Source: an uncultured cyanobacterium (lineage in GTDB: Bacteria > Cyanobacteriota > Cyanobacteriia > Phormidesmidales > Phormidesmidaceae). Taken from it: a stretch of DNA of 64,000 nucleotides. The notes under the pieces are model-generated. The model saw nothing but the letters and a program-made list of their open reading frames with translations, had not been told where the DNA came from and searched no databases. This document shows, piece by piece, positions 9,813-20,528 of this stretch. Made by a program: the position numbers and the translations under genes. The stretch lies in contig CAWBZI010000001.1 in NCBI GenBank assembly GCA_963793265.1, positions 512,001 through 576,000 of the forward strand. The letters are read 5' to 3'. How positions within the stretch are numbered: the first letter of the stretch is position 1; each line of letters starts with the position of its first letter.

Positions 9813-10217
9813 TCACTCGTCTTCGGCTACAGCGGGTGCGCTGCTGGTGCTGTCATTGCCATTGACTGTCGCGCTGGTCGCTACACCAGCCTCCATATTA
9901 GTGGCTGCATGGTTTGCATAGTCCGGCTGCTTGTCCCATTCCCGGCGGCTAGCGACCTGACCAGCGATGACCGCTTCTCGTAGCCTACCAAGGGTTTGAT
10001 CCCAGTTGCTTAAAGCCGTACCTGAGAGACGATCGGCTTGAAACTGAATGCTGGTTGCCAGATCTTCAGCCAGTTCAGGCAGCGCGTCGGCAGACTTTTT
10101 AAGGATGCGACGAGTGTCTTTGCCAGGGCGGGGAGCGGCGAGAATGCCTGCGACAGCGCCTAGCGTGGCCCCAATGATTATGCCACCTAAGAGCCCATCC
10201 GATTTTTGGTCTGCCAT
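9813..10217 (-). CDS. YtxH-domain protein
   Basis: GGIIIGATLGAVAGILAAPRPGKDTR signature. Confidence 0.88.
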   Translation of the reverse strand: MADQKSDGLLGGIIIGATLGAVAGILAAPRPGKDTRRILKKSADALPELAEDLATSIQFQADRLSGTALSNWDQTLGRLREAVIAGQVASRREWDKQPDYANHAATNMEAGVATSATVNGNDSTSSAPAVAEDE

Positions 10218-10275
10218 TGCTGATGTCCTCTCGCTATTTTCTTTGGGTTCACTTACCTCTAATGAATTCTAAGGT

Positions 10276-10575
10276 CTATCTGCGTGAATTACGCAAAACC
10301 ACGACTGTGCGGAGGAGCTGAATGAGCCGTAGGGTCTGCTGAACTTGGCGCGACCTATGCTGCCACTGCCCTAGTTGTAATCTCGCCGCTACTAGCTGAA
10401 ATCGGCGGCGGGTTAGCTCATAGCTTGCTTGCTTTGGTGCCAGGCTCATCTCTATTTCGTGACTTTGTAGCTGCTGATTAAGCCGCGCTAGCCCGCAGCG
10501 CCACTGCCACAGTCCGTAGGCGAGCCAAATTATCAGTACCGCTAGCAGCAGGTTTAAGCAAATTGCGATCGCCAT
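10276..10575 (-). CDS. Small hypothetical membrane protein
   Basis: 99 aa, N-terminal TM helix, codirectional within the cluster. Confidence 0.65.
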   Translation of the reverse strand: MAIAICLNLLLAVLIIWLAYGLWQWRCGLARLNQQLQSHEIEMSLAPKQASYELTRRRFQLVAARLQLGQWQHRSRQVQQTLRLIQLLRTVVVLRNSRR

Positions 10576-10599
10576 AATACTTTTGCGGGCCTAAGTTGC

Positions 10600-12267
10600 C
10601 TACTCCGGTAAATAGCTCATAATCAGCGGCGCGAGCCCTATCTCCTCAGGGCGCTTAGCCGTCATTTCAAAAAAGGCCACAATTTCTTTAATTGTCGGCC
10701 TGCCGCGCTTTGCACCACTCGCTCCGGTGGCGATAATGCAGCCACAGCAGCCGTTGTTTTTATCACTATCCTCCGCCCATTTCGACAGACTGTGGGTATC
10801 GGTAGGGTTGTCTATTTCGTACTCATTAAAGAGATGCAGGTGACCTTTGGCGGTTTGCAAAATGCCGACCTGAAAAATTTGTCCGCTGACCGGATCGTTG
10901 CCTGGATTAAAGCAAATAGAGCGAATGCCGCCTTCTGCCTGAAGCTGCTCGATAAGCTGCTGCGCTTTGGGGCGAGTGGTTTGAATAGTTAGCACTGGCC
11001 AAGTGGCGCGATTGCTCACTGGCGGCTTAACTGGCTGCAAAAAGCCTTGATAGTAAATCTTGGGCGAGGCTCTTAAGGGCGCTAGCTTCTTTTCTTTATG
11101 GTTGCCCAGCATAATCAAGGAGCCTGCTGGCACACTGTCATCAATCAATGGCGCAAGCTCAGGCGGTGCCTCGACGGCACCAATCTCTGCTAAAAAAGCC
11201 TCTGAAACTTCAGGCATCGTTGAAATTTTGACCGTTATTTTGTCGGGAATCTCACCCGCTTCCTCAATGGCCGTAGCGCCTTCTAGGCTAGAGGCTGGGT
11301 TGGGAATGCGAAACCGACTACTGACCGGCTTTAGAGCAAAATCTTCTTCGCTCAGGTCGTGCTTTTTGAAAAAGCGGTGCAGGGCTTCGAGCACCACAAT
11401 CAGGCTGGCGGCTTCTTCGGCGGCTAGCTGCGATCGCAATCCCTCTAGTGGATGCAAACTACCAAACTCATACGTTACCGCCGCCGCAGGCTGTGCGCTT
11501 TTTTTCTCACTGGCCAAAGCGTGTAGCGGAATCACATCTTCAGACGGATTGAAGTTAATAAATAGACAGTTTTGCTCTAGAAAAGCCTGCTGCATTCCAT
11601 CTGAAAAGTCATGACTGTTCAGCAGCTTGCGGCGAAACTGCTGAAGCGAAGCCAAATCCCGATAGAACAACAGGCCGTACTCCATACCCGCAAGCCCCAG
11701 CACAGAAAGATACAGCGTTTCTATCTCCCAACGGCTTAGATCAATCGCTAAAATTTCTTGTTCGCTGAGATTATTCCAGGGCGCATCTTTCCAAAGCAGC
11801 GCTGCTTTTTCTAAAAGGTCTTTTTCAAAGGCTTTGGGTAAATCTCTGGCGGGAGCCTCTGTCGCCTGAAGCTTCTCAAAAACCTCGTCAATAATCGGCA
11901 GATCAGAGACGTGCTCAACAGGGATATCAAGATCCTGTAGGGCTCCTCTTAAAAAGAACTGAATTTCGCGATCGCACACCACCACCTTTCGCGGGCGAGC
12001 GGGCTCTACGCCTCCCTGTGGCGTCTCAATCGCCTGTAGCAAAGTCCTTACAATCGCCTCATTTCCTGTTTCTTTGGGCACCACACTAATGCCACGCACA
12101 ATGCCCTGCAGGCCATCCACCCAGATAATGCAGTCGCCTTGGGCCGCATCGTCTTCGTCTACGGCCTTACCCATCGCGGCTAGCGGGCGGCGATCGCACT
12201 CCCAAACGCTCGTCAGTCGGGGCAGTTGGCTCAGGCGGCGACAGGTAAATGGACTCAGTTGATGCAT
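10600..12267 (-). CDS. Conserved cyanobacterial hypothetical protein
   Basis: 555-aa ORF with WECDRRP and DREIQFFLRG motifs; function unassigned. Confidence 0.75.
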   Translation of the reverse strand: MHQLSPFTCRRLSQLPRLTSVWECDRRPLAAMGKAVDEDDAAQGDCIIWVDGLQGIVRGISVVPKETGNEAIVRTLLQAIETPQGGVEPARPRKVVVCDREIQFFLRGALQDLDIPVEHVSDLPIIDEVFEKLQATEAPARDLPKAFEKDLLEKAALLWKDAPWNNLSEQEILAIDLSRWEIETLYLSVLGLAGMEYGLLFYRDLASLQQFRRKLLNSHDFSDGMQQAFLEQNCLFINFNPSEDVIPLHALASEKKSAQPAAAVTYEFGSLHPLEGLRSQLAAEEAASLIVVLEALHRFFKKHDLSEEDFALKPVSSRFRIPNPASSLEGATAIEEAGEIPDKITVKISTMPEVSEAFLAEIGAVEAPPELAPLIDDSVPAGSLIMLGNHKEKKLAPLRASPKIYYQGFLQPVKPPVSNRATWPVLTIQTTRPKAQQLIEQLQAEGGIRSICFNPGNDPVSGQIFQVGILQTAKGHLHLFNEYEIDNPTDTHSLSKWAEDSDKNNGCCGCIIATGASGAKRGRPTIKEIVAFFEMTAKRPEEIGLAPLIMSYLPE

Positions 12268-12507
12268 GGACAGTTAGAAGAGGGCGTGAACGTGAATAAG
12301 GCGACGTATGGCGTAGATAAGGGCCAATTTTTGGAAGGCGAGATGTGAAGATTTTAAAGTCGATGCGCCTGCTGTAGAGCTTAAATCTATCTAGACTTTA
12401 GCTGTCTATACCGAGATCTCGCTATCTAACGAATTGAGCCGCCTATTGAAAAGGCATCAAGCTCCTACGCTAAACTAAGGCTAATCAATTAACCCATCCT
12501 AACTCTT

Positions 12508-12912
12508 ATGACTCAAGCCACTACATCATCTCCCGAAGCGGTTGTGCAAAATGATGCCAATCCAACTGCTGATGCCAATGGCAAAGGCATTTTAATGTCT
12601 GAAGCGGCCCTCACGCATGTTAAGGCGCTTCGCGAAAAGCAGGGCAGCGACCTGTGTTTGCGCGTGGGCGTTCGTCAGGGCGGCTGCTCTGGCATGTCTT
12701 ACATGATGGACTTTGAAGATATTGGCAACGTGGGCGAGCACGATGAAGTATACGATTACGACGGCTTTAAGGTGGTATGCGATCGCAAAAGCCTCCTCTA
12801 TTTATACGGCCTCATGCTCGACTACAGCGACGCTTTAATCGGCGGCGGCTTCCAGTTCACAAATCCCAACGCCAATCAAACCTGCGGCTGCGGTAAGTCT
12901 TTTGGTACTTAA
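12508..12912 (+). CDS. iscA: Fe-S cluster A-type carrier (IscA/SufA, HesB family)
   Basis: GGCSGMSY and [14 protein letters not shown]. Confidence 0.9.
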   Translation: MTQATTSSPEAVVQNDANPTADANGKGILMSEAALTHVKALREKQGSDLCLRVGVRQGGCSGMSYMMDFEDIGNVGEHDEVYDYDGFKVVCDRKSLLYLYGLMLDYSDALIGGGFQFTNPNANQTCGCGKSFGT

Positions 12913-13003
12913 AGCTGGCATATAGATCTATATAGACAGATCGCACACATCTTTCCAGCCCACACACAGCAAACTCATCGTCGAAATTTCCTAACCATTT
13001 AGT

Positions 13004-13423
13004 ATGCAAACACTAGAAAGCAAGTTTGACGCAGGCTTAGCCCGTTACAAAGAGGGTGAATCAGCCGCGTCTTTACTGCCTACGTTCAAAGAAATCTGTG
13101 CAAACGCACCCAAAAACAGCGCTGCGCAAACCTGCCTGGCCTGGCTATATCTACTTGCAGACAAGCCAAATGCGGCTTACAAAGCAGCTCAGCGCGCGGT
13201 CAAGCTTGCACCTACCGATCCGCAAGCTCGTATTAACCTGTCGATTGCGATGCTCGAAACCGGCAAGAGCGGCGTTCGCGAGCAGATGGAAATGGTTGCG
13301 CCCTTCTTAGCCTCTGTTGATGAGCTAAAAGCAGATATTCAGGAGAACTTTGAAGAAGGGTTAAGAAGAAAGCCGGATTGGAAGAGTTTAAAGCGAGTCC
13401 AGAAATGGCTCTTTGAAGACTGA
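13004..13423 (+). CDS. Small TPR-like protein
   Basis: TPR-like helices (AAQTCLAWLYLL...AVKLAPTDPQARINL). Confidence 0.8.
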   Translation: MQTLESKFDAGLARYKEGESAASLLPTFKEICANAPKNSAAQTCLAWLYLLADKPNAAYKAAQRAVKLAPTDPQARINLSIAMLETGKSGVREQMEMVAPFLASVDELKADIQENFEEGLRRKPDWKSLKRVQKWLFED

Positions 13424-13519
13424 TTCCTAGACGGGGAAAGGTGTTGGCAAGAAAATAGTGGGAGACATCACACTTATCTACTTCGCCTAACTTCATGAAC
13501 TAATGAAACGAAAATCATA

Positions 13520-13563
13520 AAAGGCGATGGGGATCGCTGATAACACCGATCCCCATCGCCTTT
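13520..13563. terminator. Strong hairpin, probable terminator
   Basis: Perfect 17-bp arms AAAGGCGATGGGGATCG / CGATCCCCATCGCCTTT with 10-nt loop. Confidence 0.7.
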
Positions 13564-13836
13564 CTTAATGGCTTCATGAATGGCGAGTTCAGGCGCTTTA
13601 AGTCGTTTAAACGCCCTGTTTGCAACCGTTAACAAAGCCCCGAAGCGTTTGCAACGATAACTTAACGACTGATCCCCAACGCGACTGATAAGATTAGATG
13701 AAGCGGTTGATAAGGATTACTTAAGTGTCACCAAAACTAAGGTCACTTAAATAGCTGTCCTCTATACAACGAAAACTTTGGCTCTATAAATAGAGCCGCA
13801 TCTACCACCACTTATTCACTTCGGGAGTCGCTTATT

Positions 13837-14031
13837 ATGACCTTCAAAACTGTTGCAATCAAGCCTGAAACTCGTAACCACAAGGGGTTTTTCGTTCAGC
13901 AGACAGACTACACCTTTGTCGAAATCGACAAGTCTGGTTGGGCACTCATCTGCGTTGATGACGCGGTTTGCCACTATGTTGATCCTGATAATATCCTTGC
14001 TGGTGAACTAGAAATCCCTGAAGCCATGTAG
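13837..14031 (+). CDS. Small hypothetical protein, 64 aa
   Basis: GGGAG RBS-like site before the ATG; followed by a terminator-like hairpin. Confidence 0.75.
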   Translation: MTFKTVAIKPETRNHKGFFVQQTDYTFVEIDKSGWALICVDDAVCHYVDPDNILAGELEIPEAM

Positions 14032-14082
14032 GCTTTATCCCTTTTAAAAAGAAAGGGTTAGTTAGATGATATATCTTAATGA

Positions 14083-14119
14083 ATGGCTGCTTCCCCGATG
14101 AAGCAGCCATCTTTTATTT
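14083..14119 (+). terminator. Intrinsic terminator
   Basis: ATGGCTGCTTC / GAAGCAGCCAT stem followed by CTTTTATTT. Confidence 0.7.
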
Positions 14120-14129
14120 GAGGGCTGTG

Positions 14130-14384
14130 ATGAAAGATCGTTTTATGAATGGGTTAAATACAGTTTTAGTATTCAATCTATTTTTTGTACTGTTTTGCTT
14201 TTTTTGGTTTGCGATCGCCCTTATCGGTCGCTCTACAAACATCAATTTAGGCTTCGACCTCTGGTACAGCCTATGGGAGCCCGTGATTATGCCGTCTATC
14301 GGCATATTGATGGCAGGCGCTTTACTTAGCGGCATCTCTAGCTGGGTGAGCAAAAAGTTCTTACAAGGCCCTTCAAAGACCTGA
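14130..14384 (+). CDS. Small two-TM membrane protein
   Basis: Start moved to ATG 14130 (MKDRF) because the longer ORF begins inside the terminator; two hydrophobic segments. Confidence 0.75.
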   Translation: MKDRFMNGLNTVLVFNLFFVLFCFFWFAIALIGRSTNINLGFDLWYSLWEPVIMPSIGILMAGALLSGISSWVSKKFLQGPSKT

Positions 14385-14404
14385 TCAAAAACCTAAAAAA
14401 CTTC

Positions 14405-15733
14405 TTACCAGCTTCCGCGCGTTCGCTCATACCACTTCACCAGCACCCGAGCTAAGCGCTTTGGATCATGACGAACGGTGCCGTCAATTTCGCTCATCAC
14501 GTTAGCAATCACGATCCGTCGGTTTGAGTCGATCACGGCCTTGCGATCAAAAATCACGGGCGTAGAGCCTTCTTTTATATAGCGGTCAATGGCTTCTCCT
14601 GAGGGCATTTTCTTTTGCACCAAAACCGCGTCAAAAAGATACTGTCCGCAGGCGCGGTCAATCGCCTGCACATGCTCAGAAACCGTATAGCCCTGAGTTT
14701 CGCCAGGCTCGGTCATAATATTGCAAATGTATATGCGCGGTACTTTTTGCGCTGCTAGCGCCTCGACTAGCTCAGGAACCAGTAGGTTCGGAATAATGCT
14801 GGTGTACAGGCTACCTGGGCCAACAATGATATAGTCTGCCTCGTTGATGGCTTCTATTGCCTGAGGCAGTGCTGGTGGATCGGCAGGGATACAGCCAATT
14901 TCGTCGATGCTGCCGCGTGCTTTGGTGATGTTAGATTCACCTTCAATGTGACGGCCATCGCTGAGGTTAGCCCACAGGCTGACATCGCTGAGGGTAGAGG
15001 GCAGCACGCGACCGCGAATAGCGAGTACCTGAGAGCTAGCTGCGATCGCCTGCTCCCAGTCCCCCGTAATCTCATTCATTGCCGACAAAAACAAATTGCC
15101 GAAGCTGTGCCCGCTCAGTCCGCTGCCCGCCTCAAAACGATACTGAAACAGCTCAGTCAGCAGCTTTTCTTCATCGGCTAGCGCGGTCAGGCAGTTACGA
15201 ATATCGCCTGGTGGAATGCCGCCCATCTCCCTGCGCAGCCGACCTGAGGAGCCACCATCATCGGCAACCGTCACAATCGCGGTAATGTTGCCGCTGTAGT
15301 GCTTGAGCCCGCGTAGCAGCGTAGAAAGGCCCGTACCGCCGCCAATGACAACGATGCGAGGGCCTTTGCGCAGACGGCGGTGGGTAGCGATCGCATCCCA
15401 CAGATTATCTTCACCATTTGCAGGCAGCAGCACCTCTACAATTGCGCCCAGCGTGCGCGTTTGGCCCCACACAATGAACAATAGCCCGCCTAAAATCGCC
15501 AGTGGGCCGCTGACGTAGCTCGGCAGCAGGCGCGTAATTAAATTGAGCAAGTTGCCAACGAACTTTACCGTATAAAATACGGGCGTTAGCTTGAGCCACA
15601 CCATAATGCCAAGGCCCACCGCAAAAATGCCCACGGTGCTCAAAAACATCCAGCGTTTGACAAACAGCCCTGGTTTGAGCCATCTCATCCAGCGCTTAGG
15701 TCTTGCATATAACTTTTGACGATTGGGGCGCAT
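14405..15733 (-). CDS. yvcK: YvcK/UPF0052 (CofD-like) protein with N-terminal TM helices
   Basis: [41 protein letters not shown]. Confidence 0.92.
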   Translation of the reverse strand: MRPNRQKLYARPKRWMRWLKPGLFVKRWMFLSTVGIFAVGLGIMVWLKLTPVFYTVKFVGNLLNLITRLLPSYVSGPLAILGGLLFIVWGQTRTLGAIVEVLLPANGEDNLWDAIATHRRLRKGPRIVVIGGGTGLSTLLRGLKHYSGNITAIVTVADDGGSSGRLRREMGGIPPGDIRNCLTALADEEKLLTELFQYRFEAGSGLSGHSFGNLFLSAMNEITGDWEQAIAASSQVLAIRGRVLPSTLSDVSLWANLSDGRHIEGESNITKARGSIDEIGCIPADPPALPQAIEAINEADYIIVGPGSLYTSIIPNLLVPELVEALAAQKVPRIYICNIMTEPGETQGYTVSEHVQAIDRACGQYLFDAVLVQKKMPSGEAIDRYIKEGSTPVIFDRKAVIDSNRRIVIANVMSEIDGTVRHDPKRLARVLVKWYERTRGSW

Positions 15734-16006
15734 AGCGATAGCGAGCAACAAAACAGCCCGAAATGCAGGCTGCGCAAATGGGATCGCGCATTAGGGTTAT
15801 ACAGCAAAAAGGCTAAGGCTAATATAGATTTCGTTTAAGCTGAAAGCTATGAGCGTTTTCTTTAAGTGCTGCTTTAGATGCGGTTCGATGACCGTTTTCT
15901 TCGAGGGGAATGTCGTCAGCTTTCACGGAATTCTCATGCTTTCCGACTAATATTAGGAGAAGTTAATACTTGCCTAATATACGAAGATATTGGGCACAAC
16001 GCTGCT

Positions 16007-16846
16007 ATGGACAATTCCTATCCGCCGCCGCTTGAGCATTCAAATACCAGCGCCGATGTGCCTTGCGGAGATAAGCCGTTAGTTGAGCTAAAGGGCATTT
16101 CTAAGCAGTTTGGTAGCAACGCGGTGCTCAAACAGGTTGACTTTACGCTGAGTGCGGGGGAGGCGATCGCGATCATCGGCCCATCGGGTACCGGTAAATC
16201 CACCATTCTGCGCATTATTGCCGGGCTTTTAGCACCTGATACTGGTGATATTTGGGTAGGCGGACGGCGGCGCGTGGGCCTGATAGAAGACTCGCCTGAT
16301 CCTTTGGGTGTCGGCATGGTCTTTCAGCAGGCGGCGCTGTTTGACTCACTTACGGTCGCTGAGAACGTTGGTTTTTTGCTGTACCAGCACTCTCGCCTGC
16401 GCAACCGTGATATCAAGCGGCTAGTGATTACAGCGCTCGCTAAGGTGGGGCTTCCTGATATTTCCGATCGCTACCCCGCCGAGCTATCGGGTGGTATGCG
16501 CAAACGCGTGAGCTTTGCAAGGGCGGTAATGTCTAACCCCGAAAATCCCGAGGCTCAGCCTAGCCTTTTACTGTACGATGAGCCGACAGCCGGGCTTGAT
16601 CCCATCGCCTCGACCGTGATTGAAGACCTTATTCGCAATATTCACGATGACCGTAGTTGTAGCGCCTACTTGATTGTGACCCACCAAGAAAGTACGATTC
16701 GTCGTACGGCCGATCGCGTTATTTTCTTGCACGACGGTCGGGTGCAGTGGACAGGCGCAGTCAGCGACATTGATTCAACCGACAATCCGTTTGTACGTCA
16801 GTTCTTTAGTGCCAAGACTGAAGGCCCTATTCACGTGACCGGTTAA
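16007..16846 (+). CDS. mlaF: ABC ATPase, MlaF/TGD3 type
   Basis: GPSGTGKS, LSGGMRKRV, YDEPTAGLDP; upstream of an MCE gene. Confidence 0.88.
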   Translation: MDNSYPPPLEHSNTSADVPCGDKPLVELKGISKQFGSNAVLKQVDFTLSAGEAIAIIGPSGTGKSTILRIIAGLLAPDTGDIWVGGRRRVGLIEDSPDPLGVGMVFQQAALFDSLTVAENVGFLLYQHSRLRNRDIKRLVITALAKVGLPDISDRYPAELSGGMRKRVSFARAVMSNPENPEAQPSLLLYDEPTAGLDPIASTVIEDLIRNIHDDRSCSAYLIVTHQESTIRRTADRVIFLHDGRVQWTGAVSDIDSTDNPFVRQFFSAKTEGPIHVTG

Positions 16847-16948
16847 GACGTGAGCAGGTTAAAACGTGACAGGATAAGAGAAGTCAAAAGTTATAGCAGC
16901 TAAGCCGTCAGCCAAGCAGACAAATTTTATTCAAGCGCTAGGAAATTC

Positions 16949-18325
16949 ATGCGGGCACGAACAATTCGAGAAGGTTCTGTGGGACTGCTGATCTTATTAG
17001 GGATCGGCTTGTTCGGCGGCCTGATACTTTGGCTGCGTGGGTTCAATCCTGCCAATCGCCCCTACCAGATAACGGCTGAGTTTGAAGATACGATGGGCGT
17101 TCAGCTCGGTACACCTGTGCTCTACAGAGGTGTACCGGTCGGGCGCGTAACCTCTATTAATGCACTCTCTAATAGTGTGGAAGTGGGCTTGGAGATCACG
17201 CAGAAAGACCTGCGTATTCCCGATGAAGTGCTGGTTGAAACGGTAGAGTCGGGCTTAATTGGCGAGATTTCTGTAGAGATTACACCTCTAGCGCAGCTAG
17301 CGGCGAGTGCAGTGGATATCAGCCCAACAGGCCCAGACTGTGACAGCGATGTGATTATTTGCGATGGCGATCGCCTAGACGGTACAGCAGGCCCTAGCTA
17401 CGAAACGCTGCTACGTTCAGCAGGCGAAGTAGCCGATCTCTTAGCCGATCCTGAACTTATTGCACAGCTCAAAGACGTACTGACAGCAGCAAGTACTACC
17501 GCCGAGCAAACGGGCCTGCTCGCGACCGAAGCCACTGAGCTAGCCAGACTTGCTCGCAATGAGATTACGCCGCTTTCAGAGGCAGCGATCGCAACGACGA
17601 CTGCGGCTACCAGCGCGGCCCAAAGAGTAGAGAATCTGGCAAACGAGTTCACCTTAACCGCTTCAGACGTAAACGGATTAATCGGTGAAAATCGCGGCGT
17701 GCTGGTTAGTACCTTAGGCAACTTAGAGTCAGCGAGCCTTCAGTTGCGCGGTGCCGTTGATGTGTTAGGCCCCAGGCTACAAAGCGGCGAGCTAGTAAAT
17801 GATCTAGAGCTGGTGCTAACCAATGCCTCAGCGGCTTCTGCTGATTTACAGGCAATCACATCGTCGTTTAATACGCCTGCAAATCTGGTGCTGCTTCAGC
17901 AAACGTTGGAGTCTGCTAGAGATGCTTTGGCGAGCGCCCAAAAAGTAATGGCTGACGTGGATGAGATTACCGGCGATCCAGCCGTTCGTAACCAGTTGCG
18001 CGAGCTAATTAACGGGCTCGGTGGGCTGGTGTCTTCTACACAGTCTTTGGAGCAACAGTCTGAGGTAGCCCGCGTGCTGACGCCGTTAGAAGTGAGTCCA
18101 TCTGCTATTGAGCTGCCTTCCGAACGGCTAACAGTCGAGCGGCTAGCTCGTGAGCAGGCGACCAATGGTATAGACGGTGGCGTAGACAGCGAGACTGAGA
18201 ATAGCGATCGCAGCTCAAATGCTCGTCCAGTACTCGTTTTTGATGGAGAACGATACACTATTCGTCGAACTGACCGTTTAGCTGACTCTCAACTTGAGCC
18301 CATAATTGAACCTGCAAAAAAATAG
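16949..18325 (+). CDS. mlaD: MlaD/MCE-domain lipid transport protein (Ycf22/TGD2-like)
   Basis: N-terminal TM helix, GVQLGTPVLYRGVPVGRV, GLIGE, long helical tail. Confidence 0.88.
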   Translation: MRARTIREGSVGLLILLGIGLFGGLILWLRGFNPANRPYQITAEFEDTMGVQLGTPVLYRGVPVGRVTSINALSNSVEVGLEITQKDLRIPDEVLVETVESGLIGEISVEITPLAQLAASAVDISPTGPDCDSDVIICDGDRLDGTAGPSYETLLRSAGEVADLLADPELIAQLKDVLTAASTTAEQTGLLATEATELARLARNEITPLSEAAIATTTAATSAAQRVENLANEFTLTASDVNGLIGENRGVLVSTLGNLESASLQLRGAVDVLGPRLQSGELVNDLELVLTNASAASADLQAITSSFNTPANLVLLQQTLESARDALASAQKVMADVDEITGDPAVRNQLRELINGLGGLVSSTQSLEQQSEVARVLTPLEVSPSAIELPSERLTVERLAREQATNGIDGGVDSETENSDRSSNARPVLVFDGERYTIRRTDRLADSQLEPIIEPAKK

Positions 18326-18419
18326 TCTACGAAAGTGCGTAACCCTTGTAAACATTGATACTAAAGACAAAAAAATAGGGCCAATAAATCTGATAAGAGC
18401 CTGACTCAAACCCCATATC

Positions 18420-20528
18420 TTGGGACACATTTCGGGAACCTTGAGATCGCCAGTATCAATATTTATGTGTTTACCTCATTTTTATGAGGTCGTGCTTAGG
18501 GTGACTTATTCTCCGCTTCTACCAGCCGCTCCATCGGACAGTATCTCATCGCCTGATTTGTCTTGCATACTAGCCGATAGCCTACTGAGCAAAGTGGGCT
18601 GCTTGCTACACTGCCCAATCGATACACCGCTGCTTTGGCTGCAGGTACTTTCGGTATTGAGTAAGGCTTTTGAATGCACATCAGCGCAGCTCTTTTTACC
18701 GGGGCTATTAAGCGAGCAAACTCATTATTGCTGGAAGGGCGATCGCCGTGGCAAAAAATCCGACAGAATAGAAGCTTCTCAGTACAAATCAGCGCTGCCC
18801 GCTGACGCAGTATCGCTACTGTGGCGCTATTTGAGCATTAAGCAGGCTGAAATCGATGTTTTGTGGCAGCACCAGGCAACTGATTTACAGGCGCAGCTAT
18901 CAGCTTTGGCCGATGGCGGAGACTTTCACTTAAGTGGTGCTCAAGTCTATGCAGCAGCAGATTGGCCGGATGAGTTAGTGCAAATTTTTGGGACGGCTGA
19001 AGGCAGGCAGCTCGTTTTGCTGCCGCTCTGTCATGACTCTGGCGATGACAATGCCGATCCAGGTTCGATGAGAGCCCCACATTGTTTGGGTGTGCTAGCG
19101 CTATTGCGGGCTGCCGATCAGGCTGAGTGGACAACGCGATCGCTACAGCTTGTTGAGCTTGTGGGTAGTCAGATTTATTTGGCAATGCGGCGATCGCACC
19201 TCGATCAGGTGTCTCGCACCCGCAGCGCCTACGACCAGCTCACCCAGCTCCCCGACCGCGTTTTATTCAACCAGCAGCTCATCCGCTCAATCTCAATGGC
19301 AACTGAGCAGGACACCATGCTAGGGGTCGCCTTTCTAGACCTAGATCGGTTCAAGAACATCAACGATACGCTGGGCCACGAAGCGGGCGACTGCTTGCTA
19401 CAGCAGGTGGCCGGGCGATTGAAAAGCTGCCTGAGAGGCTACGATGTGGTCGCCAGATGGGGCGGTGATGAGTTTACGCTGCTGCTTTCTGGCCTACGGT
19501 CGGCTGAAGACGTTTCGGGCATTTCAGAGCGCATTTTGCAGCGACTCGCGGCCCCTTTTCAGGTGCAGGGCGAGGAGCTTTATGTGACAGCTAGCTTAGG
19601 AATTGCCCTTGCACCTTACGATGGCGAAGACGGGCAGACCTTACTGCGCAATGCCGATGCGGCGATGTATCAGGCCAAAGCCCGAGGCCGAAATAACTAT
19701 CAGGTTTATTTTGAAGAAATTAACGCGGACGCGCGCACTCAGTTAAATTTAGAAACAGACTTGCGCAAAGCACTTGATGGCGATGAGCTGTTTCTTTGCT
19801 ACCAGCCCCAAGTCGATTTGTCAGACGGCCATTGGATCGGGCTAGAAGCGCTTATCCGCTGGCAGCATCCGACGCTAGGGCTGATTCCACCTGATAGATT
19901 TATTCCGATTGCCGAAGAAACAGGTCTAATTGAGCCGATTGGTCACTGGGTATTACAAGAAGCCTGCGCTCAGTACGGTAAGTGGCACAGCCTTGGTTTT
20001 CCAAAGCTACGTTTAGCAGTGAACCTTTCTGCCCACCAATTTCATCGCAGCTACTTAGTGCGCTCTATTTTGCAGATTTTAAAGGCGACTAGCTTTGATC
20101 CGCGCTACTTGGAGATAGAAGTCACTGAGAGCGCAGCTATGCACGATGTTAGCTTCGCGATTGAAGTGCTCAAGAAGCTCTCTCATGCCGGAATGCAAAT
20201 CGCAATGGATGACTTTGGTACGGGCTACTCGTCGCTGAGCGTTCTGAAGCATTTCCCGCTAGATACGATTAAAATTGACCGCTCTTTTGTGATGGACTTG
20301 GTAGATAGCCCCAGTGATGCTGCGATCGCCTCTACCATCATTGCCCTAGCCAAAGGTCTTAACTTCAAGGTACTTGCCGAAGGCATTGAAACCCCCGAGC
20401 AAATCGCCGTACTCAGCAAAATGGGCTGTGACTATGCCCAAGGCTATTGGTATAGCCGCCCGCTTACGGTGCAGCACATCAACGACTTGCTCACTCAGGG
20501 CAAATTTTACGAGCAGGCTAAGCTTTAG
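18420..20528 (+). CDS. GAF-like sensor + GGDEF + EAL protein (start uncertain)
   Basis: DLDRFKNINDTLGH, RGYD I-site, GGDEF, EALIRW and DDFGTGYSSL all intact. Confidence 0.93.
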   Translation: MGHISGTLRSPVSIFMCLPHFYEVVLRVTYSPLLPAAPSDSISSPDLSCILADSLLSKVGCLLHCPIDTPLLWLQVLSVLSKAFECTSAQLFLPGLLSEQTHYCWKGDRRGKKSDRIEASQYKSALPADAVSLLWRYLSIKQAEIDVLWQHQATDLQAQLSALADGGDFHLSGAQVYAAADWPDELVQIFGTAEGRQLVLLPLCHDSGDDNADPGSMRAPHCLGVLALLRAADQAEWTTRSLQLVELVGSQIYLAMRRSHLDQVSRTRSAYDQLTQLPDRVLFNQQLIRSISMATEQDTMLGVAFLDLDRFKNINDTLGHEAGDCLLQQVAGRLKSCLRGYDVVARWGGDEFTLLLSGLRSAEDVSGISERILQRLAAPFQVQGEELYVTASLGIALAPYDGEDGQTLLRNADAAMYQAKARGRNNYQVYFEEINADARTQLNLETDLRKALDGDELFLCYQPQVDLSDGHWIGLEALIRWQHPTLGLIPPDRFIPIAEETGLIEPIGHWVLQEACAQYGKWHSLGFPKLRLAVNLSAHQFHRSYLVRSILQILKATSFDPRYLEIEVTESAAMHDVSFAIEVLKKLSHAGMQIAMDDFGTGYSSLSVLKHFPLDTIKIDRSFVMDLVDSPSDAAIASTIIALAKGLNFKVLAEGIETPEQIAVLSKMGCDYAQGYWYSRPLTVQHINDLLTQGKFYEQAKL

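Noticed and set aside
14079..14129. N-terminal extension of the 101-aa ORF
   Set aside because: It overlaps a terminator hairpin; ATG 14130 is the more plausible start
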